IMG/VR virus record: IMGVR_UViG_2974677434_000001
Coordinates: 6,669-70,668 of that record
Direction: 5' to 3' (one strand)
DNA from: a virus
Taxonomy: Duplodnaviria > Caudoviricetes
Length of the DNA stretch: 64,000 bases
Shown one piece after another: positions 44,597-52,995 of the stretch; positions within the stretch are counted from its first letter, which is position 1, and each line of letters opens with the position of its first letter. Under the pieces are notes generated by a model. It saw only the letters and a program-made list of their open reading frames with translations, made no database searches and was not told where the DNA came from. Position numbers and translations under genes: made by a program.

Positions 44597-45673
44597 CTAT
44601 GGGGCGTCGGGCGAGTCGACCCCAACATCTACTGCTTGTCGGCGGCGATGAATACCTCCGCCGAGCGCGAAGTAGGCGGTGGCGTCGACCCAGGAGTCGT
44701 CGTGGTGCGGGCTGTTGTTGAGGCGGGCGACCTTGATCAGGCCCGACATGATGGCGACCTGCTCGGCGGTGATCGCCGCGCCCGGCTGGAGGATGGGCCG
44801 GAGCACGACCGACCAGAGGTCCGCGATGTCCTGGAAGTTGTCGGTGGCGTCGCCGTAGTCGACGTTGCGGTCGCCGGTAAACAGGTCGATGGCGTGCTGG
44901 GCGATGTCGGCGGCGTAGCCCCCGGTCGGGCGCAGCTCGCCGGGGCCGACCTCGACCTCGACGGCGTGCTGGCCCTCGGCCCAGCGCAGCCCGCCCCGAG
45001 GGCCGATCCAGCCGTTGTCGACCGGCGCGACGTAGTGCGGGCAGTTGCGGGTGTGGTGCGGCGGCAGCGCGGCGCAGGCCGGGCACGGCTCGGCGACGAT
45101 CGCCAGGTCGCGCTCGATCGCCTCCATGTTGTCCTGGACGAAGCGCGGCGGGCGCGGTACCCCGGTCGCTGCCTCGATCGGGTCGCGGGTCCGGCTGCCG
45201 AGCGTGCCGTCCGGCTCGCGGACGCCGACCCGCGTCCCGTGGACCGGGCAGAACTCGTCAAACTTCGGCTCACCGGGGCGGGTCGGCCACTCCAGGCAGG
45301 TGCAATCGTCGGCGTCGTAGAACCGATCACCGCTGAAGGGCGATGGGCCGGTGCCGACCGTGCCCGGCTTCGGCGGTGCGCCGGGCCAGCCCTCCTCGAT
45401 CGCCTCGCGCTCGACGCGGCGCTGCTCGGCCTCGGCGATGGCGCGACCCTGGGCGGCGGCGGGGTCGTGGCGCACCTCGGCGGCGTCGGTCAGGACGTGC
45501 GTCCGCGCCCGGCAGCCGGGTGCGATCAGCGGGCTGTGAGGCTCGCAGATGCAGCGCCCCTCCTGGACGTCGGCGGCGCGCTTGACCGCCTCGACGTCGG
45601 CGGCGATCTGCGCCCGCCGGTCGCCTTCGATGTTCTCGCCCTGCGGCATGTCGGTCTCCTTCGTGTTGGTCAT
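44597..45673 (-). CDS. Cys-rich N-terminus + DUF6378-like C-terminal domain
   Basis: GDRNVDYGDATDNFQDIADLW...KVARL...DSWVDATAY; ATGA overlap with polA stop (alternative start 45649 with AAGGAG). Confidence 0.7.
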   Translation of the reverse strand: MTNTKETDMPQGENIEGDRRAQIAADVEAVKRAADVQEGRCICEPHSPLIAPGCRARTHVLTDAAEVRHDPAAAQGRAIAEAEQRRVEREAIEEGWPGAPPKPGTVGTGPSPFSGDRFYDADDCTCLEWPTRPGEPKFDEFCPVHGTRVGVREPDGTLGSRTRDPIEAATGVPRPPRFVQDNMEAIERDLAIVAEPCPACAALPPHHTRNCPHYVAPVDNGWIGPRGGLRWAEGQHAVEVEVGPGELRPTGGYAADIAQHAIDLFTGDRNVDYGDATDNFQDIADLWSVVLRPILQPGAAITAEQVAIMSGLIKVARLNNSPHHDDSWVDATAYFALGGGIHRRRQAVDVGVDSPDAP

Positions 45674-47514
45674 ACCTTGGCCCAAGCTGCGCCCATATCG
45701 GCGCGGTCGGTGCGGAGCACGGGCACCCGCCCGCCGGTCCACTTCAGCAGGAAGTCCGGCGGCGTCGCCATGATCTCCTGGACCTCCTCGGCCACCTCGG
45801 TGTCGACCACTACCTCGTCGTGCATGGCGAGCTGGAGGTGGTCGCCCAGGCCCCGCGCCTCCATCGTGGTGATCGTGCGCGCGAGCACGTCGTAGGCCGA
45901 CCCCTGGATCGAGTAGTTGACCGCCTTGAACACGCCGCCCTCGTCCACGGGCAGGATGCGCCCGCCGATCGTGACGACGCAGCCGAAGCCCCGCGCGATC
46001 TCCTCGACCTTGAACATCCAGCGCTCGCAGCGCTTCATCTTCGAGAACATCTGCCGCCTGATCTGCGCCGCCGACTCCTCGGTGTGGCCGATCTGGGCGG
46101 CGATCTTGGCGATGCCCGCGCCGTACATCGTGGACAGCAGCAGCACCTTCGCCGACTGCCGCCCGTCCTTGGTCAGCGGCAGCCCGGCGGCGAGCTGGAG
46201 CGGCTCGTAGAGGTCCAGGCCCGCCTCGTAGGGCGCGAGGAAGTCGAGGTCGCGGGCCATGTTGCCCATCGTCACCGGCTCGATCTGGCTCCAGTCGATC
46301 GACGTCAGCCCTTGCCCGTCGTCGCAGATGATCGCGCGAGCTGGCCCCGAGAACTGCTGAAGCTCCGGCGAGCCGTAGCTCATCCGGCCCGTGGCCGACG
46401 CGCCGAGGGTGGCGACCTGGGGATGGCACCGGCCCGTCACCTCGGCCTGGCGGGCGACCTTCTCCAGGTAGCCCATCACCTTGTCGATCTCGGCGAGTCG
46501 GCGCTGCGCACCGGCCAGCGGGTTGACCTCGGCGAGCACCTCCATGTCCGCCTTCGTCGCGCGGAGGCTGCCCTTCGGCGTGCGCGGCCACGGCTGCGGC
46601 AGCTCGCCCCGGCTGTCGAGGTAGTCCACCAGCGCCTTGCCCTTGCCGGTCCCGCCCTCCAGCCCGTGCGCCGCCAGCTCGGCGATCGCCAGGTTGCGCT
46701 CGACGTCGACCTCCTCCTGGTAGCGCTCCAGGTAGGCGGTATCGACGGCGAGGCCCTTCGCCGACCGGCGCAGCATGACGCGGTGGACGGTCTCCTGCTC
46801 GCCGAGGATGCGCTCGGCCTCGGCGTCGGTGGTCGCGCCGTAGAAGTCGAAGGGGTGGTCGAGCGTCCAGTTGATCGCCATCGCGCGCAGCAGCGGCTCC
46901 AGGCGCAGCGTCGCCACGGTGTCGGCCATCGCGCCCTGGCGGTAGATCGGGCTGCCGATGTCGAGGCCCTCGAAGCCCGCCGCGATCGTCTTGTAGCCAG
47001 CCGCCTTGAATGCGCGCTCCATGCCGCCCTTGAACTCCGACAGCCCGAGGTACTTCGTGGCGAGCTGCTCCAGCTTCTTGCCCGGCCCGAAGGGCGGCGG
47101 CTCCGGCAGCGCGAAGCGGGCCAGCACCAGGGTGTCGACCACCTTGTCGATCTGCTCGCGCGTCATCAGGTCGCGCTGGTAGAGCACCGGGATGTCGAAG
47201 GGCGCGTTGTGGAGGATGATCTTGCCCGCGTGCTCATACATCGCGCGGACCAGGCGGGCGTGCTTGGCGTTGCGGCGCGGGTCGAGCAGGATCGAGTGAA
47301 TGCCGCCGGTCGGCCAGCTCCAGGCCATCGTGACGCAGTTGATCGTGAAGGCGCGCTCGAAGCCTGGGGTCTCGATGTCGGTCGCCAGGTCGGTGTCCGG
47401 CGGGGTGCGCTCGATGAACGCCGCCGCCATCTGCTCGGCGTCGAGGCCGGTCGACATATGGCTGCCGAGCAGCGGGTCCGGCCAGGTGCGGCTCGGGACG
47501 TGAGGCTCACTCAC
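45670..47514 (-). CDS. polA: DNA polymerase I (family A) with 3'-5' exonuclease
   Basis: DIET, HNAPFD (exo); DWSQIE (motif A), RQSAKVLLLSTMYG (B), MHDEV (C). Confidence 0.93.
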   Translation of the reverse strand: MSEPHVPSRTWPDPLLGSHMSTGLDAEQMAAAFIERTPPDTDLATDIETPGFERAFTINCVTMAWSWPTGGIHSILLDPRRNAKHARLVRAMYEHAGKIILHNAPFDIPVLYQRDLMTREQIDKVVDTLVLARFALPEPPPFGPGKKLEQLATKYLGLSEFKGGMERAFKAAGYKTIAAGFEGLDIGSPIYRQGAMADTVATLRLEPLLRAMAINWTLDHPFDFYGATTDAEAERILGEQETVHRVMLRRSAKGLAVDTAYLERYQEEVDVERNLAIAELAAHGLEGGTGKGKALVDYLDSRGELPQPWPRTPKGSLRATKADMEVLAEVNPLAGAQRRLAEIDKVMGYLEKVARQAEVTGRCHPQVATLGASATGRMSYGSPELQQFSGPARAIICDDGQGLTSIDWSQIEPVTMGNMARDLDFLAPYEAGLDLYEPLQLAAGLPLTKDGRQSAKVLLLSTMYGAGIAKIAAQIGHTEESAAQIRRQMFSKMKRCERWMFKVEEIARGFGCVVTIGGRILPVDEGGVFKAVNYSIQGSAYDVLARTITTMEARGLGDHLQLAMHDEVVVDTEVAEEVQEIMATPPDFLLKWTGGRVPVLRTDRADMGAAWAKV

Positions 47515-47761
47515 TGGGGTGGTCCTTCTTCGGTCGTCGGGGCGGCATCACGCCGCCGGTCAGGTCAAGCATCTGGGTGCCGAACTTCAGGCCCTCGCTG
47601 ATCGCGCGGAGGTGGAGGGCCTCCCACTCGTTGAGGCCAAACTTCACGATGTAGCCGTCGATGATCTGCGCCGCGTAGCTCAGACCATCCTGCCGCCCCT
47701 CCAGGTAGTCGGGCGAGCGCTCCTGGTCGCTGTCGTGGAGGGGCCGGTGCTCACCGCTCAT
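47507..47761 (-). CDS. hypothetical protein
   Basis: Overlaps both neighbours; YLEGRQDG motif common in small phage proteins. Confidence 0.6.
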   Translation of the reverse strand: MSGEHRPLHDSDQERSPDYLEGRQDGLSYAAQIIDGYIVKFGLNEWEALHLRAISEGLKFGTQMLDLTGGVMPPRRPKKDHPSE

Positions 47762-48305
47762 CGAAGTCAGGCACCGACCCGGCCATCGTCTGGCGGTGCG
47801 CCGCCTCGCCCATCGAGCAGTCGGTCTCCGGCTCGGTCACGGTGTCCTGGAGCAGCCACTCCTCGAAGCGGGCGGCGGTCTTGATGATCTCGCCGTCGCG
47901 GTCGCGGATCGCCGACATGCCCGCCCAGGCCCGCGCCGCGCACTCCAGCGCCTTGTCGCGCGGGTAGGTGCCGCCGGACAGCAACGTGCCGACCTCGACC
48001 GGCGGGACCGGCAGCTCGGGCAGGTAGCCGGTCGCGTGCGTCGGGGTGTCGTCGCCGAGGCGGATCACGCGGACCGGGTAGGTGATCCCGGCCTCCTCGA
48101 CGGTCATCGGCTGCCAGCCGCCGGGGCTGATCCAGGTGACCGGCCCCTCGGCGATCGTGCGCCCGTCGGCGTCGGTCTGGACCTCGACCTCGCGGTGGAT
48201 GTAGGCGACGGCGGTCGAGGTGTGGTCGCCCTGGATGCGCTCCCACTCGATGATCGAGCCGTCGGGGATGTGGGCGAGGCTGGCCTCGTTGTAGACCTCG
48301 ATCAC
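47751..48305 (-). CDS. hypothetical protein
   Basis: GTG 48305 overlaps upstream TGA. Confidence 0.6.
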   Translation of the reverse strand: MIEVYNEASLAHIPDGSIIEWERIQGDHTSTAVAYIHREVEVQTDADGRTIAEGPVTWISPGGWQPMTVEEAGITYPVRVIRLGDDTPTHATGYLPELPVPPVEVGTLLSGGTYPRDKALECAARAWAGMSAIRDRDGEIIKTAARFEEWLLQDTVTEPETDCSMGEAAHRQTMAGSVPDFDER

Positions 48306-48766
48306 TTCCGGCCACCCGTCAGCGTGGCGACCTCGGTCTCGTAGGCGCGCAGCCTGTCGGCGATCACCTTCGGCAGCGGGACGTCGTAGCTGCCGAGGCC
48401 GGTCGCGTCGGGATCGAGCGAGCGCCCGCGCCACTCCTGCTCGCGGCTCTCGGCGTGGCGGTTGATCCCCTCGCCCTGGAGCTTGCCGGACTTCAGCCGA
48501 CGCGGGCCGGTCGCGCGGACGCGCTCCAGCTTGCCGTCCACCCAGGTGGCGGTGATGAACCTCGGCGCGAAGGTCTGCGACCCGTAACGGTGCGTCATGT
48601 CGGGCACGACGCCCTCCTCGGCGGCGAAGCGCGCGTAGTGCTCGACGCTGATCTCCGGCTCCGCGCCGGAGCCGGTGCGCTCGACTCGCGTCGTCGTGGT
48701 CGAGCGCAGGAAGTCGATCTTGGACGGGTCGGACACGACATCGAGGTCGGTCGGGGTGTCGGTCAT
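48302..48766 (-). CDS. hypothetical protein
   Basis: AAGGAG SD with CA-rich leader. Confidence 0.7.
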   Translation of the reverse strand: MTDTPTDLDVVSDPSKIDFLRSTTTTRVERTGSGAEPEISVEHYARFAAEEGVVPDMTHRYGSQTFAPRFITATWVDGKLERVRATGPRRLKSGKLQGEGINRHAESREQEWRGRSLDPDATGLGSYDVPLPKVIADRLRAYETEVATLTGGRK

Positions 48767-48862
48767 GGTGCTCCTTCGTGGTGTGCTGTGGGGTGGCGGG
48801 CCGGGGCTGGGTGCTCAACCCCGGTCCGCCCCGCGCCTGGCAGGCGGCGCGGTTGCTTGTGG

Positions 48863-49189
48863 TTACGGCAGGTCGTCGGTGATGCCGTGGAAGTCGCAGA
48901 GCGCCTGGCGCAGCTCCACGATGTCGGCGCAGCTAAACGGCGGATCGAAGCTGACCACCTCGCCCTCCTCGAAGGACTCCTCGCGCTCGGCCCCGTAGCC
49001 GTAGGTCAGCGAGGTGCGCCCCTCGACGTGGCTCACCTGGCGCAGCTCGGCGGTCACGACCGTGCTCATCTGCCGCTGGGCGTCCCAGGTGAAGAAGCGG
49101 ATCATCCGCCCGATGTCGTCGCCGCTGATCGTCTGCACCGCCTTGAGGGTCCACTTCTGGGCGGGCGGCAGCGCCGTCGACCTAGCCAC
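48863..49189 (-). CDS. hypothetical protein
   Basis: GAGGAGG SD before GTG. Confidence 0.65.
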   Translation of the reverse strand: MARSTALPPAQKWTLKAVQTISGDDIGRMIRFFTWDAQRQMSTVVTAELRQVSHVEGRTSLTYGYGAEREESFEEGEVVSFDPPFSCADIVELRQALCDFHGITDDLP

Positions 49190-49382
49190 GGTCGCCCTCC
49201 TCGGTCGGCGGGAGGTCGAGCGTCGGCGTCAGGTCGGTGATGCGTACCCGCCCGATCACCTCGCCCTCCATGACGAGATTCAGCCAGACGACCGGGCGGC
49301 GCACCTCGCGCCGACCGGCAGCCTTGCCGATCGCCCAGGCGAGGATCACCAGGGCGATGTGCCAGAAGGTGGCCCAGTCCAT
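49182..49382 (-). CDS. small membrane protein
   Basis: MDWATFWHIALVILAWAIG; TGATG coupling. Confidence 0.6.
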   Translation of the reverse strand: MDWATFWHIALVILAWAIGKAAGRREVRRPVVWLNLVMEGEVIGRVRITDLTPTLDLPPTEEGDRG

Positions 49383-49534
49383 CAGGCCCTCGCCTTCGGG
49401 TCGACGCCGCGACCGTAGAGTCCTGCGGTCGGCTTCTCGATGCGACCGACCCGGCCCGTGACGTAGCCACACCAGCAGACCCCGGTCGTGGCGTGCGGAC
49501 CCCTCGGCGGCGTGACCGACTGCCAGCTCGGCAT
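49382..49534 (-). CDS. hypothetical protein (50 aa), absent from ORF track
   Basis: TGATG overlaps at both ends exactly fill the gap: MPSWQSVTPPRGPHATTGVCWCGYV... Confidence 0.5.
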   Translation of the reverse strand: MPSWQSVTPPRGPHATTGVCWCGYVTGRVGRIEKPTAGLYGRGVDPKARA

Positions 49535-49932
49535 CAGCGGACCCCGCCGAGCATCATCGAGCGCAGCACGATCTTGTCCTGGTCCTCGCGCTCGATGCCG
49601 TGGCGGTGGTTGACCGCCGCGACGTACTCGCGGACCCAGACGTGCTCGGCGACCGGCGGGTGCTCCCAGATCGGCAGGTAGCCCGCCTCCTCCTCGTTGA
49701 CCAGGCCGACGCCCATCACTTCATCGAAGTAGAGGCAGGTCCGCGCGTTGCGGTTGTCGTTGACCCGGCTCAGCGTGAGCGCCTCGACCGTGCCGCAGCC
49801 CGAGCAGATCGAGCGGTTGACGTAACGGCTTAGCGCGTTGCGGACGTCCTCGACGTGCATCGGTCCGGCGCACAGCGGGCAGACCGGAGGCGCGGCGACG
49901 ATCGCGTCGGCCTCGTTGCGAACGGTGCCCAT
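49534..49932 (-). CDS. hypothetical zinc-ribbon protein
   Basis: CPLC...NALSRY...ICSGCG; TGATG coupling. Confidence 0.65.
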   Translation of the reverse strand: MGTVRNEADAIVAAPPVCPLCAGPMHVEDVRNALSRYVNRSICSGCGTVEALTLSRVNDNRNARTCLYFDEVMGVGLVNEEEAGYLPIWEHPPVAEHVWVREYVAAVNHRHGIEREDQDKIVLRSMMLGGVR

Positions 49933-50264
49933 CAGCGGACACCCTCGCCCGTGTTGTCGATGACCAGGGCCGAGGACTCGCCGGTCGAGAACCACCAGTT
50001 ACCCGTGTCGCGGTCCAGCCACAGCCCGATCTGGCCGGGCTGGTCCGAGCAGTCCTCCTCGACGCAGGTCGGGATCGCGTCGATGTTGCCGAAGTCGGTC
50101 AGGTTGATGGTCGCCGGGCCAGGTGCCGCGCCGGAGCCGATGTGGGTCTCGGTCTCGTCGGCGTGCGCCTCGCTGATCCAGCCCCCGGCGGGTACGCCGA
50201 TGGCGAGGCCGAGCGCCAGGCCCGTGGCGAAGGCAACGGTCTTGGCGGCGGTGGTTGTTGGCAT
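49932..50264 (-). CDS. secreted or membrane-anchored small protein
   Basis: N-terminal hydrophobic helix ending AHA; PTCVEEDCS motif; AAGGAG SD. Confidence 0.65.
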   Translation of the reverse strand: MPTTTAAKTVAFATGLALGLAIGVPAGGWISEAHADETETHIGSGAAPGPATINLTDFGNIDAIPTCVEEDCSDQPGQIGLWLDRDTGNWWFSTGESSALVIDNTGEGVR

Positions 50265-50353
50265 GATGCTCCTTCTTCGATCCCGGCGGGTCGGTCCCGA
50301 CTGCGGGTTACCAAGGTGTACCCGACGGCGGGTCTCGGTGTCAAGCAGTTCCC

Positions 50354-50680
50354 CTACTTCGGGTGGCGTTCTCCGGTACGCGCCCAGCGCTGACCGCGCT
50401 GGACCTGGTAGAGCAGGCCCAGCGAGCGCGCCAACGGCATCGGCAGCAAACGCATGAGCCGGGTCCACTCCGACTCCTGCGGGGTGCCGCGCCCCATCAG
50501 CTCCTCGACCATCGCGCAGAAGGGGCCGAAGGTGTTGGCCGACTGCGGGCGCGCGGTGGCGTACCCGAGGGCGAAGGCCAGCGCGACGATCGGGGCCTGG
50601 CTCAGCGGGACGTTGCGGTCGTCGTCACCGAAGCGGGCGTCGGCGCGAGCCTGCGCCGGAAGGAAGGGGTTGTCGGTCAT
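50354..50680 (-). CDS. hypothetical protein (108 aa), leaderless
   Basis: TACTCT 6 nt upstream of ATG 50680. Confidence 0.6.
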   Translation of the reverse strand: MTDNPFLPAQARADARFGDDDRNVPLSQAPIVALAFALGYATARPQSANTFGPFCAMVEELMGRGTPQESEWTRLMRLLPMPLARSLGLLYQVQRGQRWARTGERHPK

Positions 50681-50686
50681 CGGCTC

Positions 50687-50715
50687 AGAGTAGCCCGCCG
50701 AAGTCGGGGAACAAA
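50687..50715 (-). promoter_or_regulatory. operator-containing promoter variant
   Basis: Consensus operator CCCGAC-TTC-GGCGGG next to -10 TACTCT; -35 is poor. Confidence 0.6.
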
Positions 50716-51010
50716 CATATGCACATCTGCGCATGAGTGCATGGACCCCGTGCGCGTGCGCGCGACAGCGTACTCAGCGCGCTACATCTTGTCTATGTCG
50801 GGTAGAAAATTTTTTCGCCCCTTGACAATGACCTTGACAGGGCCACTAGGCTTAGCTCATCTAAGAGCAGCCGTGACGGGGCCATGTCGTGGTCCAGGTG
50901 GTTGTCCTCGCCTCTCACAATCTCCTTAGTTTTCTCATCGTCCCGTGACCTGACCCGTGGCGACGCCCCGGTGCTGCTTCGTCCCTTTGATGGGCCGAAG
51001 CCACGCGGGC
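50716..51010. other. non-coding, lower-GC strand-switch region
   Basis: No well-coded ORF; AAAATTTTTT run, CCTTGACA direct repeat at 12-bp spacing. Confidence 0.55.
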
Positions 51011-51047
51011 CTTGCCGAAGGTGGGCATAGCTGGCTATGCTCGCGGG

Positions 51048-51848
51048 ATGACCACGAAGAAGCGCCGCCCGGCGCGCACGAAGCCAGACACGACCTTGCC
51101 CGAGACCCTGGAGCAGTTCGCCGCCAAACTCGACGCCGAGGCGGGCGAGGCCCAGCAGTTCGCCGACCGGGTGCGCGAGCTGTACGTCGTCCGCCACCAC
51201 ATCGACCGCCTCGACAGCCGCCGCAAGGACATCTACGAGGAGGTCAAGGTCCGCTTCCGCCGGGGTAACGATGTGGTGCTTGACCAGGGCGAAGCCTCGG
51301 GCGGGTACTACCTGCGCGAGATTACGACGAAGGTATCGACCTATCGCACGGTCGAGGCGGCGACCGTGAAGAAGGTCAAGCCGGAGCTGTGGAAGGCGGC
51401 GCGGTCGAGGCAGCCGTGGGTCAGCGTCAAGGCCCCCGACGAGTACCCCGTCCCGCCCCTGGCCGGTCGCAGTGCGAAGCTGCCGCCGGGCGGCGCGGTG
51501 CTGCGCCAGCTCGACATGGCCACGCTCATGCGCCACTACAAGGCCCCCGTGTTCGATCGCATCGGCGAGCTGCGCGAGGACGAGAAGGCGCTCAAGGCCG
51601 AGCTGGAGGCTGTGGCGGCGGTGACTAGCTGGGACGGCGAGGCGACCAAGTTCGCCGACGGCTGGACTGCCGGGCTGTGGCGGCTGGCCTTCGACGGCGA
51701 CCTGGCGCGGCGGCTGGACCCCAAGACCTGGGAGGCCCTGGCCATCGAGAAGCAGCGGGGCGGTGTGACGCGCATCCAGGTGACCGGCCTCGACCGTGCC
51801 GAGGAGTTCGGCCTGGTCGACCTCGACGGCGAGGAGCGGGCGCAGTGA
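51048..51848 (+). CDS. hypothetical coiled-coil protein with internal duplication
   Basis: TATGCT 6 nt upstream of ATG 51048; two similar coiled-coil + helix halves. Confidence 0.7.
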   Translation: MTTKKRRPARTKPDTTLPETLEQFAAKLDAEAGEAQQFADRVRELYVVRHHIDRLDSRRKDIYEEVKVRFRRGNDVVLDQGEASGGYYLREITTKVSTYRTVEAATVKKVKPELWKAARSRQPWVSVKAPDEYPVPPLAGRSAKLPPGGAVLRQLDMATLMRHYKAPVFDRIGELREDEKALKAELEAVAAVTSWDGEATKFADGWTAGLWRLAFDGDLARRLDPKTWEALAIEKQRGGVTRIQVTGLDRAEEFGLVDLDGEERAQ

Positions 51849-51912
51849 CTTGACTAGCTAAGTCGGGCAAGTGGCTGGACGTGGCGGCATAGCTAGGGAT
51901 ACCTTGGTAACC

Positions 51913-52146
51913 ATGCCGACCACCCAGCGCCCCGCAGAGACCCGCCCGGTGCCCACGAAGCCGATCCAGGTCAAGGGGATGACCGACGACCTGATCCGGC
52001 GCTTCAAGGTGGCAGCGGCGGAGGAGGGCACCAGCTACGCGGGCCTGATCGAGCAATGGCTCGACGCCCGCGACCGTGCCGCCGAGCGCCAGCGCGCCCG
52101 CCAGGCCCACCCGCTACACCGACCACGACAGGAGGCAACCGCGTGA
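51913..52146 (+). CDS. ribbon-helix-helix DNA-binding protein
   Basis: KPIQVKGMTDDLIRRFKVAAAEEGTSYAGLIEQWL; TACCTT 7 nt upstream. Confidence 0.75.
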   Translation: MPTTQRPAETRPVPTKPIQVKGMTDDLIRRFKVAAAEEGTSYAGLIEQWLDARDRAAERQRARQAHPLHRPRQEATA

Positions 52147-52334
52147 CCCAGACCAGCAAGACCACCCGCCTGCTCGCCCTGCTCGGCGTGCTGACCCTCG
52201 TCTACAACGTGACCGCCTTCGTGGCCGGGATCGTCGCCGGGGTGCGCTCGGCGGTGGCCAAGCACCGCGCCAAGATCGCCGCAGGCGACGAGCTGGCGCG
52301 CCGCCGGAAGGCGTCCGACCGTGGCGCTGGGTGA
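52143..52334 (+). CDS. small single-TM protein
   Basis: GTGA overlap with GGAGG SD. Confidence 0.65.
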   Translation: MTQTSKTTRLLALLGVLTLVYNVTAFVAGIVAGVRSAVAKHRAKIAAGDELARRRKASDRGAG

Positions 52335-52536
52335 CCTCCACGACGACGAGATAAAGGCTCGACTGGGCCTGGACCTGGGCGACACGATGGAGGACCGCAT
52401 CGTCGCGCACGCGCTGCGCGCGATGCCCGAGGACTTCGACCCCGAGACCGAGGTCGAGCTGGAGCTGTTGGACATGACGAAGGAGCGAGGAGGTGACGAT
52501 CAGCATCGTGGCAATCCAGGAGGAGCGCGGGACTAA
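52321..52536 (+). CDS. hypothetical protein
   Basis: Fills operon; GC3-rich. Confidence 0.5.
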   Translation: MALGDLHDDEIKARLGLDLGDTMEDRIVAHALRAMPEDFDPETEVELELLDMTKERGGDDQHRGNPGGARD

Positions 52537-52744
52537 GCCCGTGACGCGCAGCCGTGTCGACCGCGCGACGGCGTGCTACTACCCCGACAGCAAGCGCGTC
52601 GTGGTCGTCGCCGACCGCGCCGACTTCGCCGCAGCCGAGCAGGCCATCCGCGAGCTGCGCGACCACATCAGCCCGGCGGAGTACGTCCAGACGTGCGTCG
52701 ACTGCAATCACACCGAGCGCGCCGACGACGTGGTGACGATGTGA
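52493..52744 (+). CDS. hypothetical protein with CVDC motif
   Basis: GAG-rich SD upstream of GTG. Confidence 0.55.
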   Translation: MTISIVAIQEERGTKPVTRSRVDRATACYYPDSKRVVVVADRADFAAAEQAIRELRDHISPAEYVQTCVDCNHTERADDVVTM

Positions 52745-52995
52745 CCGGCGATCCGACGATGTGGGTCGCTGTTCGCATCGGGCGCGGCAAGAAGCCCTAC
52801 GCGGTGCGCCTCGGCGAGTCCGGCCCCTTCGCCGTCGGGCGTCCTGGCCCGTGGCGACCAAACGGCGCGGTGATCACCTTCGCGTCGTTGATCAACGCCG
52901 AGGCCCGCGCGGCGAAGCTCAACCTGGCCGACCGCGAGGCCCGGCGCAAGGCCCAGGCCGGGCTGACGCGCCGCCTGCCCGAGGTGGCCGGGTGA
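52741..52995 (+). CDS. hypothetical protein
   Basis: GTGA overlaps at both ends. Confidence 0.6.
   Translation: MTGDPTMWVAVRIGRGKKPYAVRLGESGPFAVGRPGPWRPNGAVITFASLINAEARAAKLNLADREARRKAQAGLTRRLPEVAG

Noticed and set aside
45674-46591. 664-aa version of the DUF6378-like ORF
   Set aside because: Extension overlaps polA out of frame with low-complexity translation; ATGA coupling at 45673 is the better start.
50793-51047. Leftward ORF in the strand-switch region
   Set aside because: Many rare AT-ending codons (TTA, CTA, AGA, TCA) and poor SD spacing; treated as non-coding.
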